Assembly: GCF_006345805.1 (NCBI RefSeq)
Contig: NC_043013.1
Coordinates: 10,168,001-10,232,000 of the forward strand
Length of the DNA: 64,000 nt
Direction: 5' to 3'
Source of the DNA: Octopus sinensis
Lineage: Eukaryota
Part shown: positions 1 through 14,409 of the stretch, piece by piece
Layout of the letters: the number at the start of each line of letters is the position of its first letter
Position numbering within the stretch: the first letter of the stretch is position 1
Notes under the pieces: generated by a model
Databases searched by the model: none
What the model was told of the DNA's origin: nothing
Seen by the model: the letters and a program-made list of their open reading frames with translations, nothing else
Position numbers and translations under genes: made by a program

Positions 1-379
1 AGAAATAAATAAAACAGTGGTTTTAATTATACAACTAATACAGTTTTAAACAACAATATGTTAACTATTTGCGGAGAGGCAGAGTCTGCCAGTCTCTGCC
101 ATTGACGAGTTGATATACGGTGCCAGCCAGCTAAATTGGATTCTGGAAATGGATGAATGGGTGGGTGAGGCGTAAGTATGTGGTAGCTCGGTCATGTTAG
201 AAACAGGAAGAATACGTCCATGATAAATCGAAATTGGAATGCTATACTTTGAATATAAGCAGGGCCTCTTCTACAAGAGAAATTGGATTTTGCATAAATA
301 ACCATTCCTTTGGAATGTTTCAATCTAGTCTATCACCAGGCGAACACATTATTTCGTGTTTCTCCTCCTTCACCTCCTC

Positions 380-1345
<966 letters not shown>

Positions 1346-2139
1346 CATCACCCCTCCCGCCCTCAAAACAAGTTCAATTCTAAGAAGTCCTGCTTAGGTT
1401 CCCTAAAATATACAATGTAAATACAAATCCGTCCTTTCACCCACGCTGCAATCCCTCCATTCTGCTGATATTCCGCATCCTAATCGTATTCTTGACGGTC
1501 TGTACTTAGATTTCTCTCCATTCTTTATTTCCTTATTTTATTTATCTTTTTGTTAAGTTACGTTTGAAAACCAATAGCGACACGCTATATATATATATAT
1601 ATATATATACACACGGACACGAGAAGCAGAGAAGAAGCAAGGACTGAATGAAATTCATTCCATCCACCCCCCTTGACTCCACAATCAAAGCTAGCAAGGG
1701 CTGATTACACGGATGTCTCGTAAAGAAACCATAATGATACTCGTGCCAAGCTAGAGGTTTGTTTCCAGCGATAATTATCATAGAGCATCGCATGCAACGA
1801 AGAACGCCTTGGAATTGGAAGGATTTTTAGCATCTAATCTCGCAGGCGATCCATCAAGGATCAGATCTCAACTACCACTACCTAGAGAAGAGTTGTGGAT
1901 GCGGGAGGAGGAGGAGGATAGGGGATGGAAAAAACGGAGCTGCGTCAAGATAACCTTCCCTAACAATAAAAACAATAACAACAATAATAATAAGGTAAAA
2001 AAAAATATATATATATATATATAGTCCACACGGTAAATATCATGTCCTACAATTTAGCTTTTCTGTATTTTCTTTATTTAAAGTTCTTACATGCATTCCA
2101 ACTTTATCTGTAGCTGCTTGCTCAGTTCACATTCTGCAC

Positions 2140-2307
2140 TTTCACAATAATAATAACATAATATATAATAATATAATAAAATAAAAAATATAATAATAAT
2201 AATAAAAATAATATATAATAATAATAATATAATATAATAAAATAATAATACAATAATAACAACAACACACAATAATAATGATAATAATAACAATAATAAT
2301 AATATAA

Positions 2308-2350
<43 letters not shown>

Positions 2351-2355
2351 TACTA
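2140..2355. repeat. (AAT)n switching to (TTA)n, an inverted microsatellite
   Basis: AAT tract to about 2305, then its complement TTA to about 2350. Confidence 0.9.
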
Positions 2356-2379
2356 TTATCTCTTACCCATAATATATTT

Positions 2380-2582
2380 ATATACACACACTCATATATG
2401 TACATGCATACACATTTATGTATGTTTATATTGTATACGCATAAATGCTTAATACTATGTATATATATATATATATATAGATATATATATATAATATATA
2501 TGTATATAGGTATATATATATATGTATATATATATATTTTACATATATATATATATATATATATATATCTATATATATACAT

Positions 2583-2632
<50 letters not shown>

Positions 2633-2770
2633 TATATACAGGTGCACACACACATACAACACCAACACACACATACACACTCACACACACACACACACAC
2701 ACCACCCACACACACACACAACACACCCACACACACACACACAAACATATATATATATATTATATATGCA
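2380..2770. repeat. (TA)n/(CA)n dinucleotide array
   Basis: Directly visible. Confidence 0.95.
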
Positions 2771-3184
2771 TGCATGTTTCTATCTTTAATATAAACTTAA
2801 AAGCTTGCATGTATATCAATTTTATTTGATTTAACCATTTTATAAGGAGAATGTATTGTTCAGAAAGACAGGAGCTAAATTCGATATTTCGTTAACCAAT
2901 ACTTCGTTCCCTATCTATCTCTCTAGATATTACACAATTAAGGTCCCGTTTTCAAGAACACACTTTGAAAAAACGATAAAACCTACGGATACGTTACAAG
3001 CAGCTGTAAATAAAGATAACCATTTGGTGTCGATTTCCGAAACACTAGAGTGAAATAAATTTGCAAATCTGAGGCGGAGATAGGGTTTCAATCCCGGTTG
3101 AAAATATTTCATTTCACTTAGAGTACTCATTGTCTAAGTAATGAAGCATCTGTCTTTCTACCCTTTGAGGTATAACGCGTAGCT

Positions 3185-3900
3185 TTTAATTGTTGCAGTC
3201 ATATGACTGGCTACGCTGGATCACCTGCCTTGAAGGATTTAGTCGGTTATTTCGATCGCAGTAATTATACTTTTATCCTGGTAATTATTCTATCGCTTTC
3301 TTATGGACGAATCGCTAGGTTACGGAGATATAAACAAACCGACAGCGATTTTCAAGCAGTGGTGAAGAATTAACACAAACACATACGCAGGCACACACAC
3401 TCACATATGTGTAAGTGTATATATATCTGTATAATGTGTGTGTATGTTGCATGTATATATATGTATATATATGTATATATATATATGTATTAGTATATAT
3501 TGTATGTATATAGATATCTATATATATTATGTCATGTTATGTAGCAAATAAATAATAGAATATATGGCTATCCCACGGCCTGGTGGAAAAGAGAAAATGT
3601 CATCGACTAAATATATAAATATTAACAATTACCAGTGCCTAACAGGTCATCGTCGGCATGTAAGAGCAGCCATAACTCTTGCGGTGTGATTATGGCTGTA
3701 TTTCTGTGCACGAGTGACCTGTTTATAAGTGTCACTCCTATATATTATATATTATCTATATATATATATATATATATATATGATGGACTCTTTCAGATTC
3801 CGTACCAAAATCTACTTAGGTAGTCTTGGGCTATAATACAAGGCACTTGTCCAATATGACAGGTAGTGTAACTGAAACAGCACCCACGTAGTTGTGAAGC
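3185..3900 (-). mobile_element. Degenerate SINE family A (3' body about 3185-3400, head about 3779-3900)
   Basis: Diverged match to the better-preserved copy at 54061-54468. Confidence 0.6.
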
Positions 3901-4399
3901 TTGATACATTTTTTTTTGTGCTTTAAGTCTCAAGAAGCTGGTAATACGCTTTCCATGGCGTGTATGTGATCGAGAGAACAGCGGTCCTCTAAACGGGTTG
4001 CTCATCCCTTGCAAAGTTCAAGGCTAGCAAGTTCTAAGGAAAGAAGACAAGTCGGTTACATCGACTCAGGTACTTCAATGGGGTTCTCTTATTGATCCTG
4101 TAGGAATGAAAGACAACACTGACCACGATCGAAGTTGATATCAGAATATACAGAGCCAGAAGGAATGCTGCTAGTCTTTTTTGTCCGACGTCCTAGCGAT
4201 GCTGTCTGTCGACCACCCTAATAATATCTAATGAAAATGTTATAGATGTGTACATGTAAATATGTGCATATTTGAGTCAGTGCTGCGTGCATGTGTGGTT
4301 AAGTGTATGTTTAACTATTCTTCTGCATGACTTCGTGTTCATCTCTCTCCTTCTCCCTTTCTCTCTGTCTATCTTTTTCTCTCTCTCTCACTCTTTCTC

Positions 4400-4439
<40 letters not shown>

Positions 4440-4682
4440 AGGTTACTAGAGTTAATGTTGTCAAGAAGACCCAAACGTGTCAGGTAATGCCGAGTAAGTG
4501 CTATGGACAGACTATAGTTAAGCTCCAGGTTCGGTGATTATGCAAATGAGGAGTCCAGCGTAGGTCATATATCAGCATCCGTATATATAAAAAAATTAAC
4601 AGAATGAGATAAAATACACAGCCTTGGATTTTTAATCTCGTTTCTGTAATGTATATTTATATATATATGTAATATATATATA

Positions 4683-4733
<51 letters not shown>

Positions 4734-4742
4734 GTAATATAT

Positions 4743-4773
<31 letters not shown>

Positions 4774-4786
4774 TTACATATATAAT

Positions 4787-4837
<51 letters not shown>

Positions 4838-4863
4838 TAGATGTATGTATGTATGTATGTATA

Positions 4864-4897
<34 letters not shown>

Positions 4898-4916
4898 CAT
4901 ATACATATATATATAT

Positions 4917-5350
4917 ACAGGGCGGCGATATACATGATTTAACTAACATCTTGTGCGTTTGTCTCCATTTTCCATTTCTCCAAAACACGTCTTTAAACTA
5001 TAGAGGGGAGTTAGATGAAGACCGGAGGGGTGTTGAGCCCATGTGACGCAAAGGAGCGAAGAGAGAAGATTAATTTCTGTTCTCTGCGTAGACAGGAGTC
5101 CGGTTGGACCCTGTACAAAGACAACCCGAACACAGACAGGTGTTGTAGATCGGAAATGGCGCGAGATCGGGGTACTATTGTCGAATCGGATGTCTTGGGA
5201 TGCTCCGCGAACCGTTCAGCCAAGCGGCGTCCTGTTTAATGGATATACAGAGAGAAAAGGTTAATTCCTGTTCACGGCGAAGGTGGGAGTCCGGATGGCC
5301 TCTGTGCAAATGCAATCCGAACACAAACTGGTATTGTAGTGACTAACCGG
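4917..5350 (+). mobile_element. Possible truncated Tc1/mariner-type end carrying a two-copy internal repeat of period about 190 bp
   Basis: Begins TA-CAGGGCGGCGATATACATG after (TA)n; GGAGTCCGG...CCGAACACA motif at about 5095-5134 and 5286-5325; no second TIR found. Confidence 0.35.
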
Positions 5351-6058
5351 GAGAGAGAGAGAGAGAGAGAGAGACCCCGAACGAATGAAATGCACTGGCG
5401 AACCTCCGAGGAATTTGAACTAAGACGTTAATACGGACAAAATACCAGTAAACATTTTTCCCGCCGTAATAACGATTTTGCCTTAGCTGCATGCAATATC
5501 AGAAAACGCTAACCGAAGGTACTGTACTCTGAATATGAGACTGTATACGAAACTACACAGGTGCAAAGCGAGCCTCTTAACCACAAAGCCATACCCGCAA
5601 CAAATAATATATCCATTTCAAAGGTGTAAAACAAAATATGTCATGTGATAATAAAGTGACTTATGAGTGAGACCACTCTTATATCGAAGGTGTTTAAGAA
5701 ACGTGGAGCCTTTCACAGCGTCCTATGCACCCATAAATAAAGGCGACTGGATTTGTTTATTTCAACCAGGCCCTCGAATTATAAGGTGGCGATATCTTTG
5801 CGACGATTTATCCGCTCGGCTCATCGAACTTTTCCATATTTATATAACGTAATATTCATAAATCGATAAGTTTTATACCAAAGTTGGTAATCACATACAG
5901 CTGCTCCAATGAATCACTGCGTCTGTCTAACCGTATTCTTTCAAGCTCGTAACTTAAATCCTATTGCTTCAGTCTTTGAGTTAAACTAAACACAGAAAGG
6001 CACAGTGACTGAGATTTTGAGAAAAAAGGACGGAGGAATATATAGGGGGAGAGGAAAC

Positions 6059-6091
<33 letters not shown>

Positions 6092-6397
6092 GCTGGATTA
6101 TTTATTCAACTGTGACAATATGAATATAGCCGAGATTTGACACTCTGACAGCTGTAGATTAATATTCTAATTAGCTGTCAGTCTCACCTCTGTATACGCT
6201 GTTCAAAAACAGAAAAACCCGATACAATATATTGGCGATTTAAGAAAAAAAAAATGAATAAAGTATTTTTCCCCACCCCCTTATTTTAGTTGCGTAATAT
6301 GAAAATCACTGAATAGGTTCTGAACAAGAACTCAGTCGGAGATACATGCATACATACTGAAATTACAAACATTTACACACACAAACGCACACTCACA

Positions 6398-6454
<57 letters not shown>

Positions 6455-7389
6455 CACACGCGCGCGCACGCACACATTTATATACATATATATATATATA
6501 TATATACTCACCGCACACATAACACATACACACCACACACACAAACACACACACATACATATATATATAGTCGTAATATTGAATATATGATTATGAATAA
6601 TACGTACACACACACGCATATATGTATGTATATATATATATATATATACATATATTTATGAGAAACAAAGAGAGAGGGACAGACAGAGACAAAGATGCAC
6701 ACGAAGTCATACTCGTACAGAAGAACAAGTAAACATACATATAAACAATCATACACGCACCTCACAAAATATACAGACATTTACATACACACATATATAA
6801 CATGTATACGTGTGTATGTGGAGAGAGAGAGAGAGACAAAGAAGGTGGTACACAGGAAGTCATACACATACATAACTCCACAAACATGTATACACACACA
6901 CACACACATATAATTACACACACGTTCACATGTAATACATGCATATGTATAGGGTACCGAATGTTTTATCTGCAATACCCTGAATCAATATTCAGCCAGA
7001 GTTGCTATAGTTTAAAGAAAGAATATCTTGAGAAGATCTGAAGCTTTTCTTTGCCATATAAGTTTACACAAAATTCTATTACCATACATTAGTTTTCGCA
7101 AAAGCTACTTTGGCTTTTAGATTTATGAGTGATTTTCGTTTTTTGAATATCTATCCACCTGTTGCTTCAGACATGTATTCATACACCTTTGAACCTGAAG
7201 GCTTTTACACGTGAACATTACGCGAGCACATATACAGTCATACACACACGCACACAGACACCACACACACACACACACAATACACACACAGACACACACA
7301 GACACCCATACATACACGTTCGGTTAAGAGGTTCCCTAGGCAATTATTTGGACCCTGGATCAATTCCACCTGTGCTAGACGTTTTGCAT

Positions 7390-8140
7390 GTGTTCTCTCA
7401 TACATACATACATGCATACATACATATATATATACATACATACATACACACATACATACATACATAAATACATACATACATGCATACATACATGCATACA
7501 TACATACATACATACATGCATACATACATACATACATACATACATACATACATACATACATACATACATACATGCATACATACATGCATACATAAATACA
7601 TACATGCATACGTACACACATACATACACACATACATACATACATACATACATACATGCATACATACATACATACATCATACATACATACATACATCATC
7701 ATACATACATAACATACTACATACATACATGCATACAATACAACACACATACAACACACATACCCCATACACACATACATACATACATACGCATACATAC
7801 ATGCATACATACATGTTACATACTTCATACTAAAGCATACATGCATACAACATACACACACACATACATACCTACATACATACAACATACTACATACATA
7901 CCACAATACCACATACATACACACATAACCACATACATACACCATACATACATACATGCATACATACATGTACATACATGCACATAATACATCATGCATA
8001 CTACACATCAACAACATACACACCTACATACCCACATACATACATCATACATACATACATACATACATACATACATACATACATACATACAACATACAAC
8101 ATGCATACATACAAATATATATATATATATAGATAGGCAT
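7390..8140. repeat. Degenerate (TACA)n tetranucleotide array, about 750 bp
   Basis: Directly visible; source of the MYVC/HTYI ORFs. Confidence 0.95.
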
Positions 8141-8194
8141 ATATAAATACATACAGATTAATAAATAAACAAACATATATGCATCTACATATAT

Positions 8195-8335
8195 GTTTTA
8201 AACTGCCAGATCCACTCACAAGGCTTTGGTAGGTCCGGGATATAGTAAAAGAGACTTGCCCAAGGTTGTACGCAGCGAGACTGAACTCGGAACAGTATGG
8301 TTGCGATGCAAACTTTTTTTCCATGGTGCTACATC
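8195..8335 (-). mobile_element. SINE family A head, degenerate
   Basis: atccactcacaaggctttggt...acttgcccaagg...gactgaactcggaac matches other A heads. Confidence 0.7.
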
Positions 8336-8415
8336 TATGTTTGTATGTATGTATGTATGTATGTATGTATGTATGTATGCATGTATGTATGTATGTATGT
8401 ATGTATGTATGTATC

Positions 8416-8958
8416 TTATGTCAGGTCACTTTCGAGTGCTACTGGTAACATGTAACCCAGTACCTGTTGCATGGCCGGGTCGTCGGTGACTAAACCGGCA
8501 ACCCCACCAAGCTTGCTTTGTGAGGCGGGTGTTTATTGGACACCCTGCGGGATGAAAAGCAAAACCCGTCAAAGGGCGGAGGGAACTCTTGAGTGTCAAC
8601 GGCCATCCAATAAATGTCTTAAGGCTGTATCATGTGCGGGGACATAGAAATAATCGGACTGAATACTCGATCGCGCGGTTAAACCATTGGGAGTAAAGGA
8701 CTCCTAGCCTTTGTTAGGGCATCCTTCTAGGAGAAGGTTACTCGGGTAACTGGGATAACTCCGACGTGCGGCTCAATGGTTACCGATGATGTTGACTTCT
8801 TTTCGGATTATGGCTGCTGTTGCTTAGTGTGGGATTGACTCAGTGCACAGCCTTTCCTTACTTAAAAAAAAATTCCCCTTGCACAGGCATTGCATGATAA
8901 CAACATTGATTAAGCTTCGTGCAATGGCCATACTCGATAAAGAGGGGGCAGCCACCAT
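8416..8958 (+). mobile_element. Short non-coding element resembling an RTE-clade LINE 5' UTR, embedded in (TATG)n
   Basis: GC-rich structured island; tagggcatccttctaggagaagg resembles, from memory, a conserved RTE 5' UTR motif; (TATG)n on both sides; no ORF. Confidence 0.5.
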
Positions 8959-9331
8959 ATATGTACGTATGTATGTATGTATGTATGTATGTATGTAGAT
9001 GTATGTATGTATGTATCTTCTATGTTGTATGAATGAACGTACTTTTTACTTCTACTTTATTTTCAGACTATGCTTAAAGTAAGTGTAAACATCTCTAAAT
9101 ATATTTCCAATATCTCAAGACACGAAAGAACTTGCCATTTTGCGTTAAAGAAGGTTATTCAATGAAAACAACACATCGGAATGGCTTTTGCGTTAAAAGC
9201 ACCTGCTTTTATGATCATTGTGGCCGATATAAATATTTTCTTCCTCTCTTTTCTTCTCATTAGTTATTAATCACGTTTGTTATATTCATGAGAAACTTTA
9301 TATCAAGAGTCAGTCGATAACCAATAGTCGT

Positions 9332-9431
9332 NNNNNNNNNNNNNNNNNNNNNNNNNNNNNNNNNNNNNNNNNNNNNNNNNNNNNNNNNNNNNNNNNNNNN
9401 NNNNNNNNNNNNNNNNNNNNNNNNNNNNNNN
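9332..9431. other. Assembly gap of 100 N
   Basis: Exactly 100 N. Confidence 1.
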
Positions 9432-10234
9432 GCTTGCTTTGTGAGGCGGGTGTTATTGGACACAATGCGGGATGAAAAGCAAAACCCGTCAAAGGGCGGA
9501 GGGAACTCTTGAGTGTCAACGGCCATCCAATAAATGTCTTAAGGCTGTATCATGTGCGGGGACATAGAAATAATCGGACTGAATACTCGATCGCGCGGTT
9601 AAACCATTGGGAGTAAAGGACTCCTAGCCTTTGTTAGGGCATCCTTCTAGGAGAAGGTTACTCGGGTAACTGGGATAACTCCGACGTGCGGCTCAATGGT
9701 TACCGATGATGTTGACTTCTTTTCGGATTATGGCTGCTGTTGCTTAGTGAGTGGGATTGACTCAGTGCACAGCCTTTCCTTACTTAAAAAAAAATTCCCC
9801 TTGCACAGGCATTGCATGATAACAACATTGATTAAGCTTCGTGCAATGGCCATACTCGATAAAGAGGGGGCAGCCACCATATATGTACGTATGTATGTAT
9901 GTATGTATGTATGTATGTATGTATCTATGTATGTATGAATGAATGAACGTACTTTTACTTCTACTTTATTTTCAGACTATGCTTAAAGTGTACTTAACAT
10001 CTCTAAATATATTTCCAATATCTCAAGACACGAAAGAACTTGCCAGTTTGCGTTAAAGAAGGGTTATTCAATGAAAACAACACATCGGATGGCTTTTGCG
10101 TTAAAAGCACCTGCTTTTATGATCATTGTGGCCGATATAAATATTTTCTCCTGTTCTTCTCATTAGTTATTAATCACGTTTGTTATATTCATGAGAAAGT
10201 TATATCAAGAGTCAGTCGATAACCAAGTAGTCGT
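9432..10234 (+). repeat. Near-identical direct copy of 8511-9331 across the gap (probable false duplication)
   Basis: Colinear match; differences are mostly small indels, several near the contig ends. Confidence 0.85.
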
Positions 10235-10282
10235 ATTCAGACCATGTCTGGCTGATAACAGTCAAATGAGGCTAACAATTAT

Positions 10283-10376
10283 AGTGTCTTCTGCTATAGC
10301 CCAGGGCCGACCAATCCCTTGTGAGTGGATTTGGTAGACGGAAACTGAAAGAAGCCTGTCGTATATATGTATATAC

Positions 10377-10408
<32 letters not shown>

Positions 10409-10627
10409 TTGTGTGTCTGTGTTTGTTCCCCTAGCATTGTTTGACAACCGATGCTGGTGTGTTTACGTCCCCGTTACTTAGCGGTTCGGCAAAAGAGTCC
10501 GATAGAATAAGTACTGGGCTTACAAAGAATAAGTCCCGGGGTCGATTTGCTCGACTAAAGGCGGTGCTCCAGCATGGCCGCAGTCAAATGACTGAAACAA
10601 GTAAAAGAGAGAAAAAGAAAAGAGAGT
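10283..10627 (+). mobile_element. SINE family A (tRNA-derived, 5'-truncated head, internal (TA)/(TG) tract, CR1-like 3' end)
   Basis: ggatttggtagacggaaactgaaagaagcc head end; body ending ggtgctccagcatggccgcagtcaaatgactgaaacaagtaaaag. Confidence 0.9.
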
Positions 10628-11119
10628 ATTAAATTTTTGCGGTGCTACTTCCTTGCCATATTTGAGTTGGTGAAGTAATTTAGATTATTAAGAATACAAT
10701 TAAGGTAGCGATTTAATAGGCTCTTTAGCATGCCGTATCAAATGCGTCACGGCATTTCGTCCGTCTATATCTTCTGATTTCAAATACCTGTCGGAGTTGA
10801 CTTTGTCTTTCATAATTTCGGGGTCAACAAAATATATACCTGTTGATTACTGGGATCGATGTAATCGACTTCCACGCTCCCCTGATAAACTGCATGTTTT
10901 CTACTAAAATTTGAAAATATAGTGGCGAGCTAGCAGAATTGTTTAGCGCGCCAGGAAAAATCCGTAGTAGTATTTCTCTCGAAACTTTACATCCTTCGAG
11001 GTCGACATCAGTTTTTACATTTTTCATCTGATAATAATTCAATCGTTCTCTTTTGCTGTAAGGTTGTTAAAGAATATGGAGGAGCAAACACATACACACA
11101 TATAAACAGGACGCCATGA

Positions 11120-11303
11120 TAGATCGTTAGCTCCTACACGCATTTTTTATCTCCTTGTTTTTTTCTGTGTATCTTTCTGTCGAAGAGCGTAGGCTCGTAA
11201 CGTAAAACACTTTTTCTATTTCTATTCCTGAGCGCTATACTAATACATTTGTTTGTTTGTACTCCACCTGCCTTCGTCTTTTGTTTATTTTCGTAAACTT
11301 CTC

Positions 11304-11308
<5 letters not shown>
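11120..11308 (+). mobile_element. Short PLE-LTR-like element family H1 with hammerhead-like motif at 11172-11207
   Basis: ctgtcgaagagcgtaggctcgtaacgtaaaa; ends in (TA)n; six copies in window. Confidence 0.7.
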
Positions 11309-11351
<43 letters not shown>

Positions 11352-11412
11352 CGTATGTGTGTATTTTTGTACATACATTGATACCTACATTGATACATAC
11401 ATACATACATAC

Positions 11413-11483
<71 letters not shown>

Positions 11484-11485
<2 letters not shown>

Positions 11486-11894
11486 CTCTTTACCCTTTTA
11501 CTTGTTTCAGTCATTTGACTGCGGCCATGCTGGAGCACCACCTTTAATCGAGCAACTCGACCCCAGGACTTATTCTTTGTAAGCCCCAGTACTTATTCTA
11601 TCGGTCTCTTTTGCCGAACCGCTAAGTGACGGGGACGTGAACACACACCAGCATCGGTTGTCAAGCAATGCTAGGGGGACAAACGCAGACACACAAACAC
11701 ACACACACATACATACATAAAATATATATATACATATAACGACAGGCTTCTTTCAGTTTCCGTCTACCAAATCCACTCACAAGGCATTGGTCGGCCCGGG
11801 GCTATAGCAGAAGACACTTGCCCAAGATGCCACACAGTGGGATTGAACCCAGAACCATATGGTTGGTTAGCAAGCTACTTACCACACAGCCACA
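11484..11894 (-). mobile_element. SINE family A, near full length
   Basis: Reverse complement of the A consensus, head to tail. Confidence 0.92.
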
Positions 11895-12094
11895 TATATA
11901 TATGGTGTTGAAATCTTGCAATTCTCGCACAAATGATTTCAAAATCTTGCTATGGTCTAATGGAAGAACTCCTGAGATGTTTACTGGAGTTACAGCTCCG
12001 AGTAAGATGGACATTGCTGTAGGGAACGCCTTTTTTAAACCAAATATTTCTGTTGTTACTTTAACTCCATTGATATTATATATATATATTATAA

Positions 12095-12270
12095 TGAGAA
12101 TTTACAAAAATACAAAAGACAATGATGGGTGTGTAAACAACAAACAAATTTATTAGTTTAACGCTCGAGAAGAGAGAAAGTCTTTTACATTTCGGGCCTA
12201 CGCTCTTCGACAGAAAGGAACAGAGAAATAAATAGGGAGAGAAAATAGAAAATAGAAAGTAGAAATATAT
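12095..12270 (-). mobile_element. Family H1 element, hammerhead-like motif at 12180-12218
   Basis: Minus strand cctttctgtcgaagagcgtaggcccgaaatgtaaaagac. Confidence 0.7.
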
Positions 12271-12916
12271 ACACAGAAATAAATACATATATGTGTGTGT
12301 GTATTTGTGTGTGTGTGGGTGGGTGTGTGGGTGTGGGTGTGGGTGTGGGTGGGTGGGTGTATGTATATATGTATGTATATACGATCGGCTTCTACACACC
12401 TTTCGTTAACAAAATTCAATCGCATTTTATTGGTGAAACCGGTGATAGAGCAAAGAACGCCTGCCCCTACGTGCCACAAATTGAGAATATATCTTAAGCC
12501 ACCGTGGGTGTCAAACATGGTTCTGAACCACACAAACATTTTTGCGCCTGTTCACAAAATGAAAAATATAGGGACGTACGGACATATCTAAGCAGATAAA
12601 AGGCAGTAAGACGTGTTACAGCAATACATTAGGGAACATTACATACATAACTGCATGTTGATTAGTTTTTCATTAAATTTATTATTGTTATACATTTATA
12701 TGATGTAAATTATTGCCTTTATCTAATTTTTAATGATTGCATATATAATACACGCGCGCTCGCATATATACGCTCGCAAACGCGCACGCTTATTTTTGTA
12801 TATACATATCATAAACATAAAACACACAAACATAGTCACATATCGCATGTATAACATATACAACTATATATGCATATATATATATCTATATATATATATA
12901 TTATATATATATATAT

Positions 12917-13113
12917 AACGGGAAGCTTTATGAGAATAAAAAAGACGAAGGCAGGTGGAAAACAAACGACAATTGTATTAGTATGGCGCTCAGGAAATAT
13001 AAATAAAACAAGTCTTAACGTTTCGAGCCTACGCTCTTCAACAGAAAGATACACAGAGAGAGAAAAACACAGAAAGAAGGAGAGAAAAAAAATGCGTGCA
13101 GTAGCTAACGAAT

Positions 13114-13115
<2 letters not shown>
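12917..13115 (-). mobile_element. Family H1 element, hammerhead-like motif at 13012-13050
   Basis: Minus strand tctttctgttgaagagcgtaggctcgaaacgttaagac. Confidence 0.75.
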
Positions 13116-13150
<35 letters not shown>

Positions 13151-13327
13151 GACCCACGTGTTCTATTTATTCTCAGCAATGTTTCATGTTTAACTATTCA
13201 TTGCTTACATATATATATATGCGTATAAACGTTCCTGCATATATACATATATATAATTGTGTGTGTATGTATATGTATATGAGTATATATTTATCTATCT
13301 ATCTATCTATCTATTTATCTATCTATC

Positions 13328-13365
<38 letters not shown>

Positions 13366-14409
13366 GTATATATATTATTATATATATATATAAATATATA
13401 ATATATATAATATATATGCATAATATCTACATATATTATGTTTGTATGCATGTATATATAACATAGATATACGCACATATATATACATTTATATGCACAC
13501 GTAAATGCATACTTATTCATATGTATATATATCCAACTTAATCGTATTTGTATAATTTATATGTTTGTGTATGTGTCTGTGTGTATGTGAGTGTGTATGC
13601 ATACACACAGTTTTATGTACATGTAGATATTTAATATATATATATATATAATATATATATATATATATAGGAATATTTATCTATAAGATGCGAATAAATT
13701 CATACGTTTCTTTTATTATCGCTTACCTTCTCTTTTTTTTTTTTTTCATTTGGGTGTTGCTCTCACTGCGCATTACCAGGGAGACAATTCATGTGTGTAA
13801 GTAATGCATAATTAAACCCGGTTAAAATCTCACAGATTACTTAAATATATTCCTTCAGAAGGCTGCCGAGTCGCAACTTTCTTTTACATTCTCCATGACA
13901 TTTGAATTGCATTTAACAAAATTGATGAATCTTTCAATAAAATGAAACCTTTGTTTTTTTTTTGTTTTGTGTTTTATTTCTTTTATTTTCTGAAGATTTT
14001 TTACCTTTTGCACGTTTTTTTTTTGGTAAATATACAAACTCTCAGCGTCACTTTTACATGCGCGCGCGCGCCTTCTTTCAAGTGTAGGTACACACATTGA
14101 TATTTTGGGGGTGGAGGTTTTATCAGAGATGAAAGACAAAGTCTACCTCGGCTGAATTTGAACTGAGAAAGAATGCAGCTAAGAATTCTTGCCCGGCGTG
14201 CTAACGATTCTGCTGGCTCACCGCCTTCATACACACACACACACACACACTCACATACGCATATCTATATATATATATATATATATATCTATATGCATAA
14301 ATACACACATACGTATGTGTATGCGTGCTTGTGTGTGTAAATTTACATTTCGTCATACAAGCATAACAAACTGAGCTGTTTAAATAATTCTCTTTGGAAT
14401 ATTTCGAAG

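Noticed and set aside
8498-8590. Twister-like spacing (CAACCCCACC...AAAGGGCGGAGGG)
   Set aside because: The L4 UCCCAAGC pseudoknot partner is absent
13780-13802. 17-nt segment between CAG and GTAAGT
   Set aside because: Not frame-preserving and has a weak acceptor; expected by chance
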